Assembly: GCA_965217895.1 (NCBI GenBank)
Contig: CBDCJV010000002.1
Coordinates: forward strand, 4,640,001-4,704,000
Reading direction: 5' to 3'
Length of the DNA: 64,000 nt
From: Waterburya sp.
Lineage (GTDB): Bacteria; Cyanobacteriota; Cyanobacteriia; Cyanobacteriales; Xenococcaceae
The notes beneath the pieces were generated by a model. It was not told where the DNA came from. It saw nothing but the letters and a program-made list of their open reading frames with translations, and made no database searches. Numbering within the stretch: the first letter of the stretch is position 1; each line of letters begins with the position of its first letter. Both the position numbers and the translations under genes were made by a program. Below are positions 30,150 through 40,571 of the stretch, one piece after another.

Positions 30150-32045
30150 TTAAGCGTCAATTACTATTGAACTCACAGGCTTAGAGCAACAGGTTAAAAT
30201 TTTTCCAGGTTCTAAATCACTGAGGGCATCATAATCCTGTTCATAAGTTACTTCTCCCTTTAAAACTGTTGCGGTGCAGGTGCCACAAGTGCCGGCACGA
30301 CAGCTACTTTCAATTTCTAAGCCTACTTTTTCGGCTGCTTCTAAGATGTATTCACCGTCAGAACAAGCTGCTTCTTTCCAAGAGTTAGCAAAAAATACTT
30401 TGGTAGTTGTACTATTTGTGTTATTTGCTGGCGATTTTTCTGGGTCAGACTTTGGTGTTTCTACTGTAGGCAAAGGTTCTTCGATAACTACACCATCTTT
30501 GAGCTTGGCATCAAACTTTTCAATTAATAAACTTCGCAACGTGGTTTTGAGATCTTCGCAGGCAACACCTTTATTGATTTCTGTTCCTAATTCTGCACCA
30601 TGACCAACCTTGCCTCCCGTAAATATTTTTGCTCCTTCTACAGCTTTACCGTCTTTACGTACCTTAGTCCCCATTAAGCCAATATCCCCTGCTTGAGGCT
30701 GTCCACAAGAGTTGGGGCATCCTGTCCAATGAAGACGTACACGGTTAGGTATCTCTAATTCGCGATCGAGTTCTTGAGCTAGTTTTAAGGCTCTTTGCTT
30801 AGTCTCAATTAAAGCAAAATTACAGTAACGCGCTCCTGTACAGGAAATAACTGAGCGAGTAAGAGTACTAGGACTAATCGTAAACTTTTCTAATAAAGGT
30901 TCACTTAAAAAAGTCTCGACATTTTCATTAGCAATGTGAGGAATAATGGCGTTTTGTTCTACCGTCAAGCGAATTTCACCATTACCGTATACCTCAGCTA
31001 ATCTGGCTAACTCAAACATGGGTTCAGCAGTTAATCGCCCCATAGGAACGTGCAAACCAACATAGCTGTAGCCTTCTTGCTTTTGAGGATGTACTCCTAA
31101 ATGATCTTTCTTATCTTGGGTAATTTCGTCTTCGGATGCAGCATCAGCTAGGGGTTTACCAAATTCTTTGGCTATCTCTGCACGAAACTTTTCCATTCCC
31201 CAAGTTTCGATCAGCCACATCATACGGGCTTTAGGGCGACTAGCTCTTAGACCTTCTTTACCGCCGTTTTCGGTGTAGACAGTTAATACGGCGCGGGAAA
31301 ATTCCACCACATCATCATCATTTGCAGGTATCCAAACTCCCATAGGAATCGATTCAGCGCAGCGTTGAGCGGAAAGATATCCTCCTACCAAGACGTTAAA
31401 GCCCAAAACACCATCTTTATAGGCTGGAATAAAGGCTAAATCATTTAATTCTGCATGAATGGAATTATCTCTGCCACCTTCGATCGCAATATTAAATTTA
31501 CGGGGTAAATTGCTAAAAGAATAGTTACCCTCGCCACTGTTAGTAATCATATCCTGAACCTTTTGGTTCATGGTGCGAGTATCAACTAATTCATCGGGAT
31601 CGATTCCTGCTGTGGGCGAACCTGTTAGATTGCGGACATTATCCATCCCCGACTGGATGCTGGTTAGACTTACTTCTTTAAACTTACTAAAAATATCAGG
31701 AATATCTTCTAGTCTTACCCCGCGCAGCTGTATATTTTGACGAGTGGTAATATCTGCTGTACCTTCGTCACCATAGCGTTCAATTGCACCAGCCAATACT
31801 CGCATTTGCTCACTGGTAACAAAGCCATTGGGAACGCGCATCCGCACCATAAACTGTCCTGGCGTAACAGGACGATAAAAAATCCCTAACCATTTAAGGC
31901 GTGTTTCTAAATCCGTTTTATCAACTGCCTCCCAGCCAATTTTGGCAAAATGCTCTAGCTCACCCTTTACATCTAGCCCGTCTTTAGCTGCTTTGGCTTT
32001 TTCTACTTTGTTGAGTTTGATTGTGGTGTTAGCTTCAGTACTCAT
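30150..32045 (-). CDS. nirA: Ferredoxin-nitrite reductase with C-terminal [2Fe-2S] ferredoxin domain
   Basis: TTRQNIQ, NLPRKF, SCTGARYC, WTGCPNSCGQ; C-terminal CRAGTCGTC...LTCC. Confidence 0.95.
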   Translation of the reverse strand: MSTEANTTIKLNKVEKAKAAKDGLDVKGELEHFAKIGWEAVDKTDLETRLKWLGIFYRPVTPGQFMVRMRVPNGFVTSEQMRVLAGAIERYGDEGTADITTRQNIQLRGVRLEDIPDIFSKFKEVSLTSIQSGMDNVRNLTGSPTAGIDPDELVDTRTMNQKVQDMITNSGEGNYSFSNLPRKFNIAIEGGRDNSIHAELNDLAFIPAYKDGVLGFNVLVGGYLSAQRCAESIPMGVWIPANDDDVVEFSRAVLTVYTENGGKEGLRASRPKARMMWLIETWGMEKFRAEIAKEFGKPLADAASEDEITQDKKDHLGVHPQKQEGYSYVGLHVPMGRLTAEPMFELARLAEVYGNGEIRLTVEQNAIIPHIANENVETFLSEPLLEKFTISPSTLTRSVISCTGARYCNFALIETKQRALKLAQELDRELEIPNRVRLHWTGCPNSCGQPQAGDIGLMGTKVRKDGKAVEGAKIFTGGKVGHGAELGTEINKGVACEDLKTTLRSLLIEKFDAKLKDGVVIEEPLPTVETPKSDPEKSPANNTNSTTTKVFFANSWKEAACSDGEYILEAAEKVGLEIESSCRAGTCGTCTATVLKGEVTYEQDYDALSDLEPGKILTCCSKPVSSIVIDA

Positions 32046-32118
32046 AAATCTAAATCTTGGGGGTTTATAAAGGGATGAGGGATGAGGAATAAAGATGTGT
32101 TTGGCATCATTACCTACA

Positions 32119-32160
32119 AGATTATGTAGATTTTCCAGTACAGTTTGTATATCTTGTTAC
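32119..32160 (-). promoter_or_regulatory. NtcA-activated promoter of nirA
   Basis: Minus strand GTAACAAGATATAC (GTA-N8-TAC, 32160-32147), 22-nt spacer, TAATCT -10 element. Confidence 0.85.
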
Positions 32161-32175
32161 GAGATATAATCTGCT

Positions 32176-32190
32176 ATGCGTTTACTGCAT
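32176..32190. promoter_or_regulatory. NtcB (LysR-type) binding motif
   Basis: ATGC-N7-GCAT just upstream of the NtcA box. Confidence 0.7.
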
Positions 32191-32606
32191 TGATTAAAAG
32201 CGCAATAAGCATATTGCCTTTAGGCAAAAACGGCTAAAAATAAGGTGTCCAAAGTAAAAACTAAGCTGCTTGCTCTTTATCTGACTTGTTGGCTAATTTG
32301 CCGTCTTCTAAATGAATGATGCGATCGCACTAGTGTATTTGGTGTATCAAAGCAGATTTTGTTCAATTTTACATTGTTAAGTAATGCAAATAAAGCCTGA
32401 GTATATACTCATCTTTTTTGATAAAGTTTGTTACGTAATGTTTAATTATTGTTATCGAATTGTTTCAGATAAGGTGTTTGACAGATTTTGAGTATCTTTT
32501 TTTGATAACAATATTCTACATAAGACCTTTGTATCGGATAGGTAAAGAGCGAGCTTATCCTCCATACCCCGTTCAGATCGCCATTATTTAAGGAGAGTAA
32601 AGTTAT

Positions 32607-35600
32607 ATGTTCACCCAGGTCAAGTCAACCGTTCGTCACGTTAAGCCAGATGCCGTTAACGGACGCGATCTGCTCAGGGTGGTCTATGTCGTGCTAGAGC
32701 CTCAGTATCAAAGCACCCTGACTGAGGCAGCTAAATCGATCAATAGCAATAATCCCCATTTAGCCATTGAACTTAGTGGCTATTTAATCGAAGAGTTGAG
32801 AGACGAAGAAAACTTTAGCAACTTTAAAAAAGATGTTGCCCAAGCCAATATATTTATTGCGTCTTTGATCTTTGTCGAAGATTTAGCACAAAAAGTAGTC
32901 GAGGCAGTAACTCCCCACCGTGATAACTTAGACGCTGCGGTAGTTTTTCCTTCCATGCCAGAAGTGATGCGCCTCAACAAAATGGGCAGCTTTTCGATGG
33001 CGCAGTTAGGACAGTCTAAAAGTGCGATCGCTCAATTTATGCGTAAGCGCAAAGAGAAGTCTGGCAGTTCTTTCCAGGATGCAATGCTCAAGCTATTGCG
33101 AACTCTGCCTAAAGTCTTAAAATATCTGCCTGTAGAAAAGGCGCAGGATGCCCGTAATTTTATGCTGAGTTTTCAGTATTGGTTGGGGGGTAATGCCGAT
33201 AACTTAGAGAACTTCTTATTAATGCTATCGGATAAATATGTTTATCCAGATAGACCAGGGAGTCAAAAGCAATACGCCGAACCCATTACCTATCCAGACA
33301 TGGGTATCTGGCATCCTCTCGCACCCAAGATGTTTGAGGATATTCAAGAATACATAGACTGGTTTAACAGTCGTACAGATATTGCTGACGATCTCAAAGA
33401 TCCTTTAGCACCCTGTGTTGGTCTAGTCTTGCAGCGTACTCATTTAGCTACCCAAGACCATGCTCACTATGTGGCAATGGTGCAGGAACTAGAATGTATG
33501 GGTGCAAGAGTTATTCCCGTCTTTGCTGGGGGATTGGACTTTTCTAAACCCGTCGATGCTTACTTCTGGCAAGAGGGTCAACAGCAGGCAATAGTTGATG
33601 TAGTAGTTTCCTTAACAGGTTTTGCTTTAGTTGGTGGCCCAGCCAGACAAGATCATCCCAAAGCGATCGAGTCACTAAAACGCCTTAACCGTCCCTACAT
33701 GGTGGCGTTACCTCTGGTATTCCAAACTACAGAGGAATGGGAAGAGAGCGAATTGGGTTTACATCCTGTCCAGGTAGCACTACAAATTGCTATTCCCGAA
33801 TTAGATGGGGCAATTGAGCCGATTATTGCCTCTGGTAGAGATGGGGCAACAGGTAAATCTATTGCCCTCCAAGATCGAGTAGAAGCGATCGCTCGTCGGG
33901 CGATGAAATGGGGTAGTTTACGTAAGAAACCCAAGCTAGATAAGAAAGTAGCAATTACCGTTTTTAGTTTTCCTCCCGATAAAGGTAACGTGGGTACAGC
34001 AGCTTACCTCAATGTCTTTGGCTCAATCTACGAGGCAATGAAAGGTTTAAGAGATAACGGCTATGATATTCAAGACCTGCCAGATTCTCCTGAAGAATTA
34101 ATGCAGGCAGTAATCCATGATGCTCAGGCGCAGTATGCTTCTCCTGAACTTAATGTTGCCCATCGGATGTCCGTAGAACAGTATGAACGTCTGACTCCCT
34201 ACTCCGTGAAGCTAGAAGAAAACTGGGGGTCACCACCAGGACACCTTAACACTGATGGCAAAAACCTGCTGATCTACGGGAAAGAATTTGGCAACGTCTT
34301 TATCGGCGTACAGCCTACCTTTGGCTACGAAGGCGATCCCATGCGCTTATTGTTTTCTCGCTCTGCTTCTCCTCATCATGGTTTTGCAGCCTACTATACT
34401 TACCTAGAGCATATCTGGAAAGCCGATGCGGTGCTGCACTTTGGTACTCATGGCTCACTAGAATTTATGCCAGGGAAACAAATGGGTATGTCTGGAGACT
34501 GCTATCCCGATAGCTTAATTGGGAGTATTCCCAACATCTATTATTACGCTGCCAATAACCCTTCTGAGGCAACTATTGCTAAACGTCGTAGTTACGCAGC
34601 AACTATTTCTTACCTCACTCCTCCCGCCGAAAATGCAGGACTGTATAAAGGCTTAAAAGAACTGGGTGATTTAATTGGTTCGTATCAAAGCCTTAAAGAT
34701 GGCGGACGAGGTGTTCAAATCGTCGATACGGTTATGGATCAGGCGCGGATTTGTAATTTAGATAAAGATATTGCTTTTCCCGACCACTCGGCAAAAGAGA
34801 TGACTCAAGAAGAGAGAGATACGATAATTGGTTTGGTTTACAAGCAGCTAATGGAAATCGAGTCTCGTTTACTCCCCTGTGGCTTACATATTATTGGTAA
34901 ACCGCCGACTGCCGAAGAAGCGATCGCCACGTTAGTCAGTATCTCTAATCTAGACCGCGAAGAAGAAGGAATTATTTCTTTTCCTCGCCTCATTGCTAAC
35001 AGCATCGGTAGAGACATTGATGAGATCTACATCAACAACGACCGCGGTATCTTAACAGACGTTCAACTATTTCAAGATATTACCCAAGCAACTCGTGCTG
35101 CGGTTGGTGCCTTGGTTCACGCTCAAATTGATGCTGATGGCAGAGTATCAATGGTGTCTAAGCTAAATTTCTTTAACATTGGTAAAAAAGCACCTTGGTT
35201 AGAAGCATTAAGCGAACATGGTTACAAAAACCTGGATATTGATGCTCTCAAACCTTTGGTTGAATATCTAGAGTTCTGCTTAGAACAAATATGTGCCGAT
35301 AACGAACTAGGTGGCTTACTTCAAGCTTTAGAAGGAGAGTATGTACTACCTGGCCCTGGCGGCGATCCGATCCGTAATCCCAACGTTTTACCAACAGGTA
35401 AAAACATTCACGCTTTAGATCCTCAGTCTATTCCTACATTGGCAGCAGTTCAATCAGCCAAAATTGTCGTAGATAGATTAATCGAGCGTCAAAGACTTGA
35501 TAACGGTGGTAACTATCCCGAAAGCATTGCCTGTGTCCTCTGGGGAACAGACAACATTAAAACCTATGGTGAGTCTTTGGCACAAATCATGTGGATGGTA

Positions 35601-36584
35601 GGTGTACGTCCTGTACCTGATGCTTTAGGTCGAGTTAATAAGCTAGAGTTAATTTCTTTAGAAGAATTAGGTCGTCCCCGTATTGATGTAGTAGTTAATT
35701 GTTCTGGTGTATTCCGTGACCTGTTTATCAACCAAATGAATTTACTCGATCGCGGTGTCAAAATGGCAGCAGAAGCCGATGAACCTCTTGCCATGAACTT
35801 TGTGCGTAAACACGCCTTAGAACAAGCTGAAGAAATGGGCATCAACATCCGCCAAGCAGCAACCCGTATCTTCTCTAATGCTTCTGGTTCATACTCTTCT
35901 AACATCAACTTGGCAGTCGAAAACAGCAGTTGGGAAGAAGAAAAAGAATTACAGGATATGTATTTAAACCGTAAATCCTTTGCCTTTAATTCTGATAATC
36001 CTGGGGTAATGGATGAAAGTCGCGGCTTGTTTGAATCTTCCTTAAAAAGAGCCGATGTAACTTTCCAAAACTTAGACTCATCAGAGATTAGTCTGACCGA
36101 TGTATCTCATTACTTTGATTCCGATCCGACTAAGATCGTCTCCAGTTTAAGAGATGACGGCAAAAAACCTACGGCATATATTGCAGATACTACTACCGCC
36201 AATGCTCAAGTTCGTACCCTATCAGAAACTGTGCGTTTAGATGCTCGTACTAAAATGCTTAACCCCAAATGGTATGAAGGAATGCTTAGTAACGGTTACG
36301 AAGGTGTGCGGGAACTTTCCAAGCGTTTAGTTAACACAATGGGTTGGTCGGCTACAGCCGATGCAGTGGATAACTGGGTTTATGAAGATGTCAATACTAC
36401 CTTTATTGACGATCCCCAGATGTGCAAACGTCTTATGGATATGAACCCTAATTCCTTCCGCAAGATTGTCGGTACTTTGTTGGAAGTTAACGGTCGCGGT
36501 TATTGGGAAACCAATGAAGAAAACCTCGACAGACTGCGAGAACTGTATCAAGAAGTGGAAGACAGAATTGAAGGAATTGATTAA
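32607..36584 (+). CDS. chlH: Magnesium chelatase subunit H
   Basis: [65 protein letters not shown]. Confidence 0.97.
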   Translation: MFTQVKSTVRHVKPDAVNGRDLLRVVYVVLEPQYQSTLTEAAKSINSNNPHLAIELSGYLIEELRDEENFSNFKKDVAQANIFIASLIFVEDLAQKVVEAVTPHRDNLDAAVVFPSMPEVMRLNKMGSFSMAQLGQSKSAIAQFMRKRKEKSGSSFQDAMLKLLRTLPKVLKYLPVEKAQDARNFMLSFQYWLGGNADNLENFLLMLSDKYVYPDRPGSQKQYAEPITYPDMGIWHPLAPKMFEDIQEYIDWFNSRTDIADDLKDPLAPCVGLVLQRTHLATQDHAHYVAMVQELECMGARVIPVFAGGLDFSKPVDAYFWQEGQQQAIVDVVVSLTGFALVGGPARQDHPKAIESLKRLNRPYMVALPLVFQTTEEWEESELGLHPVQVALQIAIPELDGAIEPIIASGRDGATGKSIALQDRVEAIARRAMKWGSLRKKPKLDKKVAITVFSFPPDKGNVGTAAYLNVFGSIYEAMKGLRDNGYDIQDLPDSPEELMQAVIHDAQAQYASPELNVAHRMSVEQYERLTPYSVKLEENWGSPPGHLNTDGKNLLIYGKEFGNVFIGVQPTFGYEGDPMRLLFSRSASPHHGFAAYYTYLEHIWKADAVLHFGTHGSLEFMPGKQMGMSGDCYPDSLIGSIPNIYYYAANNPSEATIAKRRSYAATISYLTPPAENAGLYKGLKELGDLIGSYQSLKDGGRGVQIVDTVMDQARICNLDKDIAFPDHSAKEMTQEERDTIIGLVYKQLMEIESRLLPCGLHIIGKPPTAEEAIATLVSISNLDREEEGIISFPRLIANSIGRDIDEIYINNDRGILTDVQLFQDITQATRAAVGALVHAQIDADGRVSMVSKLNFFNIGKKAPWLEALSEHGYKNLDIDALKPLVEYLEFCLEQICADNELGGLLQALEGEYVLPGPGGDPIRNPNVLPTGKNIHALDPQSIPTLAAVQSAKIVVDRLIERQRLDNGGNYPESIACVLWGTDNIKTYGESLAQIMWMVGVRPVPDALGRVNKLELISLEELGRPRIDVVVNCSGVFRDLFINQMNLLDRGVKMAAEADEPLAMNFVRKHALEQAEEMGINIRQAATRIFSNASGSYSSNINLAVENSSWEEEKELQDMYLNRKSFAFNSDNPGVMDESRGLFESSLKRADVTFQNLDSSEISLTDVSHYFDSDPTKIVSSLRDDGKKPTAYIADTTTANAQVRTLSETVRLDARTKMLNPKWYEGMLSNGYEGVRELSKRLVNTMGWSATADAVDNWVYEDVNTTFIDDPQMCKRLMDMNPNSFRKIVGTLLEVNGRGYWETNEENLDRLRELYQEVEDRIEGID

Positions 36585-36622
36585 TAGTTAATTCAATTTA
36601 AGCAATTGAATTTTGTAAATAG

Positions 36623-36652
36623 ATAGGGAGGTGCTTTTATTGCCTCCCTATT
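36623..36652 (+). terminator. Hairpin downstream of chlH
   Basis: atagggaggt-gcttttatt-gcctccctat inverted repeat. Confidence 0.6.
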
Positions 36653-36687
36653 GCTATATTTGGCTAATATTAAAATATGTAGAATTG

Positions 36688-37278
36688 ATGAAGGATAATT
36701 TTTGGGGCATAATTTGGTCGAGTTTTTTGGAAGTTCAAGGTGCGTTAATCACGTTTATTGGGATTTTTGTATCCATTGGATTGGCTCGTTTTCCAGTAAA
36801 ATCTCAAGTATCTTTAGACATACTCATAATCATAGTTTTGATTTTGTTGCTTATGATAGTAACTGCCGTTAATGCTTGCAACAGATTGTTTGTAGAGTAT
36901 AGAAAATTAAACCACAAACTAGAAACAGTCGAGCGAGAAAACGAGCAACTTAATAAAATCTCTCAAAAGCGTTTGATTCCAGAAATTTTATCAGCGCGTG
37001 ATTATCAAATCAACAATATCTCAGGAATATTTTGTCTGCTAGAAAAGTCAGAACTTTTCTCTCACAATATTTATGTATCTTGTTACTATACAGACAATGA
37101 TGATTTTGAAATAATAATTGGCGTTGGAAGCGTTATTAATATTCAGACAGATGGGAAAATACAAGTATTGATAGATGAATTTGTTAATAATTATGAGGAT
37201 ATTTTAAAAAAATTAGCCAATAACGATAATAAAATTGTTTCCAGAATTTTAATTAAACCCACCATGATTAAAAGTTAA
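36688..37278 (+). CDS. Hypothetical membrane protein (2 TM, coiled coil, beta-rich domain)
   Basis: Likely ATG at 36688, since the upstream GTG lies within the hairpin; AT-rich. Confidence 0.7.
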   Translation: MKDNFWGIIWSSFLEVQGALITFIGIFVSIGLARFPVKSQVSLDILIIIVLILLLMIVTAVNACNRLFVEYRKLNHKLETVERENEQLNKISQKRLIPEILSARDYQINNISGIFCLLEKSELFSHNIYVSCYYTDNDDFEIIIGVGSVINIQTDGKIQVLIDEFVNNYEDILKKLANNDNKIVSRILIKPTMIKS

Positions 37279-37312
37279 TTATCAATAAATATTTGAAAAT
37301 GTATTAAAAATC

Positions 37313-37708
37313 ATGAAAAGTTCAACAGATAGCCCAAAATTAGAACAAAAAGTTTTTCCTGCCCAAGTAGTTAAAATCATTAGTAATACTAGATTAGCTA
37401 TAAATCGCGGTTCAGAACATAAAATACGTCCCAATCAAAAAGTATTAGTTTATTGTTTAAGTGATGAAGAAATAAAAGACCCCGAAACAGGGAAATCTTT
37501 GGGCTATTTAGAAATATATAAGGGAACAGGCAAAATAATTCATATTCAGGAAAAAATGTCTATCATCGAATCTGATAGATCTCAGACTAAAACTACTAAA
37601 AATACACCATCATTAGCATTTTTAGGCAGAGGAGACGAAGTTTACCATGATTCTTATTTATTAGATTTTGAAGATCCAGAGATAGGAGACATGGTAAAAC
37701 CAATTTAG
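37313..37708 (+). CDS. Hypothetical beta-barrel protein (FlgT C-terminal-like motif)
   Basis: AINRGSEHKI...VY...IKDPETGKSLG pattern. Confidence 0.65.
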   Translation: MKSSTDSPKLEQKVFPAQVVKIISNTRLAINRGSEHKIRPNQKVLVYCLSDEEIKDPETGKSLGYLEIYKGTGKIIHIQEKMSIIESDRSQTKTTKNTPSLAFLGRGDEVYHDSYLLDFEDPEIGDMVKPI

Positions 37709-37720
37709 AAAATTTGCAAG

Positions 37721-38014
37721 ATGAGGCAACAGCGGAGTGGAATAAGCTGCTTGAAAAGCAGCATTTCATCCGCTCAAAATAAACAAACCGAACGCCAACC
37801 ATTAGAATATTATCTCTCTTTAAAATACCCTATTTCGATTTACCCAGAAGAGGTCGGTTATATAGTAATGATTCCCGATCTTCCTGGATGTATAACACAA
37901 GGAGAAACTTTAGAAGAATGTATCGTTAATATTGAAGAAGCAAGAGAAATTTGGATTGAAACCGTTTATAAGAGTGTCAAAAAAGATATTCCCCTGCCAT
38001 CAAAAAGAATTTAG
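37721..38014 (+). CDS. hicB: HicB-family antitoxin (no hicA seen)
   Basis: LEYYLSLKYP, IPDLPGCITQGETLEE, IEEAREIWIE, DIPLP. Confidence 0.88.
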   Translation: MRQQRSGISCLKSSISSAQNKQTERQPLEYYLSLKYPISIYPEEVGYIVMIPDLPGCITQGETLEECIVNIEEAREIWIETVYKSVKKDIPLPSKRI

Positions 38015-38066
38015 ATCGCTTCGTAAATTATATCAAGAAGTGAAAAATAAGATTAAAAATATTGAT
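38011..38066 (+). repeat. Degenerate copy of the chlH 3' end
   Basis: LDRFVN/ttagatcgcttcgtaaattatatcaagaagtgaaaaataagattaaaaatattgat; main frame RKLYQEVKNKIKNID versus [15 protein letters not shown]. Confidence 0.75.
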
Positions 38067-38125
38067 CATGAGTAAAATTGAAGAAGCGAGAAAACTTTTC
38101 TGATTTAATTTAGTAACTTTAATAT

Positions 38126-38806
38126 TTAAGTAATTATTCTAAATGTCAAATTAATTCTTTCCGTCAATACTTTAGAAGTTTTTGGTACTTGATGTTTCCA
38201 AAAATGTTGTGTCGCTCCTTTCATGAACAGTAGACTACCGTGCGTCAAAGCAACTTCGACTGTATCTAAATCTTTATTTGATTTATGTTTTAACTGAAAA
38301 CGTCTTGTTTCACCAAAACTTACTGAAGCAATAATTGGATTTCGATCTAACTCCGGCTCATCGTCACTATGCCATGAAACGTAATCTTTTCCATTACGAT
38401 ATAAGTTTAATAAAACACTGTTGAAGTTTAGCTCTACTACTTTTTCAACTTTTTCTTTGATTGAAAGTAGTGTCGGTGTCCAGGTATCGGGATTCATGTT
38501 AATACCTGAATATTTATAGGATTTACCTTGATCTCCGTACCAAGCAGTCAATCTGGGTAACTTAACTTCTTTACCAAACATTTTTATTTTATCTTGTCGC
38601 CAATTTATACTATCTAGTAACTCGTCGAATAGTTGGTCGCTTTCTAATTCGTCAAAAAAATTTCGATAAATAATCACTTCTCCATCAGGCATAGATTCAC
38701 CTGATGGCAAAGTTATAATTTCAGGATATTTTTGATTATTAGTTCTTTCTACACCAAATAAGTCAAGACTAAATTGTTTCGCCATATCATCCTGAGTAAC
38801 AATCAA
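38126..38806 (-). CDS. AlkB-family 2OG-Fe(II) dioxygenase (ALKBH2/3-like)
   Basis: PRLTAWYG, NLYRNGKD, WHSDDE (HxD), WKHQVPK, RINLTFR. Confidence 0.92.
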   Translation of the reverse strand: MIVTQDDMAKQFSLDLFGVERTNNQKYPEIITLPSGESMPDGEVIIYRNFFDELESDQLFDELLDSINWRQDKIKMFGKEVKLPRLTAWYGDQGKSYKYSGINMNPDTWTPTLLSIKEKVEKVVELNFNSVLLNLYRNGKDYVSWHSDDEPELDRNPIIASVSFGETRRFQLKHKSNKDLDTVEVALTHGSLLFMKGATQHFWKHQVPKTSKVLTERINLTFRIIT

Positions 38807-38823
38807 TAAATTTAAGACATGAA

Positions 38824-39672
38824 CTATGTAGCATATGTCTTGAAAATTTTATGATATCTGGGTATCGAACGATTTTCATATTTACTGACTTTCATCATCC
38901 AAATATTTTTGCCTGTAATGTCTTCATCTTTAATAGATATATCTGATAAGTTGACCAAGTTCGACAACTTATTGTAAAAATCATCAATTCTACCTATACT
39001 TTCTGAATTTTTGGGATTAATACAGACAAAGTAATTATCTCCTTTTTGAGTCTTTTTAATTAGTGAGGTTAAATTCTGTAGATTTATTTTTTCTATGTCA
39101 AGAACATTGGAAAATATATGTAATTTCAAATTTTCAAATTCAGAATCAACATCGTTTTCTTCTAGTTTGTCAAGAGTTTTATATATTTCTTTGATCTTTA
39201 TCTGATCTAATTCTTCAGGAGACAAAGCCTGGTTAATATATTCAACTCCTCTTTTAAGTGCAATCTGAGAAGGTTCAATTAGTGTAAGTTTTTTAAAAGG
39301 TAAATTTATTTGTTTTGAGCGACAATAGCTTATTAATGAACAAGTATCAGTGGCAGCACCACAGCCATAACTAAAAATTTCTAGCTGTTGATCGCGAAAT
39401 CTTGGCATATCTAGCGCATCAAATGCTTCCACCAGTTTATAGTAATGGTGTGCGCCATAGAAAGCGATATAAATATCTACTTCCTCATCAGATTCTAGAA
39501 TTTTTCTACCCTTTTGAATTGCATTCTGAGCATCTTGCCAACTTCTGTAATTTATATTGTTACGATAGCTTTCTAAGCAAACTTCATATACATTTTTAAT
39601 ATAATCGAAGTTAGGCTTGACTCGACTTACTCTTGAAAGTTGACTTACCATCCTTATTTTTCCTTTTGACAT
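38824..39672 (-). CDS. Hypothetical protein with class I SAM-methyltransferase-like motifs
   Basis: EIFSYGCGAA (motif I-like), LIEPS (motif II-like), FSNVLD; 17 bp upstream of the alkB-like gene. Confidence 0.6.
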   Translation of the reverse strand: MSKGKIRMVSQLSRVSRVKPNFDYIKNVYEVCLESYRNNINYRSWQDAQNAIQKGRKILESDEEVDIYIAFYGAHHYYKLVEAFDALDMPRFRDQQLEIFSYGCGAATDTCSLISYCRSKQINLPFKKLTLIEPSQIALKRGVEYINQALSPEELDQIKIKEIYKTLDKLEENDVDSEFENLKLHIFSNVLDIEKINLQNLTSLIKKTQKGDNYFVCINPKNSESIGRIDDFYNKLSNLVNLSDISIKDEDITGKNIWMMKVSKYENRSIPRYHKIFKTYAT

Positions 39673-39784
39673 TTACTGGTTTCAATCCAATGTGTCTTAA
39701 AGAAAATTAAGTAACAGTGATCTCGTTACTGCTAGTTTTAATAAAAAGTGCGATCGCAATTTCTATTTCTCGCCCTCTACTCAA

Positions 39785-40156
39785 ATGATTGAAGTTACTG
39801 TTGCAGATTTAATCTTTCCACTAAATATTGCTGATGAAAGTTGTGTGTTGATATTGTGGGACGAAGTAAATCGTCGGTTACTGCAAATTTTTATCGGAAT
39901 TCCGAGAGAAGCGATCGCTCAAATTCTTACAGATACTTCTCAATCCAGACCGATGACTTTTCAATTTATATCAAATATGTTGAAGGCTGCCAATATAAGT
40001 TTAGAGTCCGTTAAAGTAGAATCTCTTCATAAAGATACTTATTACGCCACGGCATTTTTGGGTTGTGACAGTCAAGTTAAAGAAGTAGATGCACGACCAA
40101 GTGATGCGATCGCATTAGCATTATTAATGAATAGTCCGAAGAAAAATCTGTTATAA
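39785..40156 (+). CDS. Bifunctional nuclease (DUF151) family protein, probably C-terminally truncated
   Basis: LQIFIG, RPMT, YYA, VDARPSDAIALAL; ends abruptly where the hicB-like relic begins. Confidence 0.75.
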   Translation: MIEVTVADLIFPLNIADESCVLILWDEVNRRLLQIFIGIPREAIAQILTDTSQSRPMTFQFISNMLKAANISLESVKVESLHKDTYYATAFLGCDSQVKEVDARPSDAIALALLMNSPKKNLL

Positions 40157-40239
40157 ATATTGAGGAAGCAAGGAAACTTTGGATTGAAACAATATACGCC
40201 AGTGGGAAAAAAGATATTCCTTTACCATCAAAGAGAATT
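40138..40239 (+). pseudogene. Second, partial hicB copy (C-terminus)
   Basis: NIEEARKLWIETIYASGKKDIPLPSKRI versus NIEEAREIWIETVYKSVKKDIPLPSKRI at 37928-38011. Confidence 0.85.
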
Positions 40240-40298
40240 GCGATCGCTTACGTGAACTGTATCAAGAAGTGGAAGACAGAATTGAAGGTATTGATTAA
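40240..40298 (+). repeat. Near-perfect direct repeat of the chlH 3' end starting at a HIP1 site
   Basis: 40254-40298 matches 36540-36584 at 44/45 nt; GCGATCGC at 40240-40247. Confidence 0.92.
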
Positions 40299-40571
40299 GC
40301 CATTTCAAAGCCTCGTCTTTACTAATTCGGTGTTGTTCTTACCCACCCTACTACAGGCTCAATTTAAGAGCGATCGCTTACTAAAAAAGTAACGTTTGTT
40401 AACGAAGTTGTTAAGCAGTATTTCAACTTTAGACAAATAAAGCGATCGCCTGAAAATAAGGCAATACAGCATGATAATATCCATTTCAGGATAAATAGGG
40501 TGAAGCTCCTAATTGAGTCACGTTTGTCCTCAGCTTCAAAAAAGATTTTATAGAGATTCAGGAGAAAAACT

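Noticed and set aside
36585..40298. Prophage or classical integrative element
   Set aside because: No integrase, transposase, replication or phage structural gene; only the direct repeats are supported
40304..40322. aaagcctcgtcttt resembling an IS605 left end
   Set aside because: Too short, with no complete hairpin or right end
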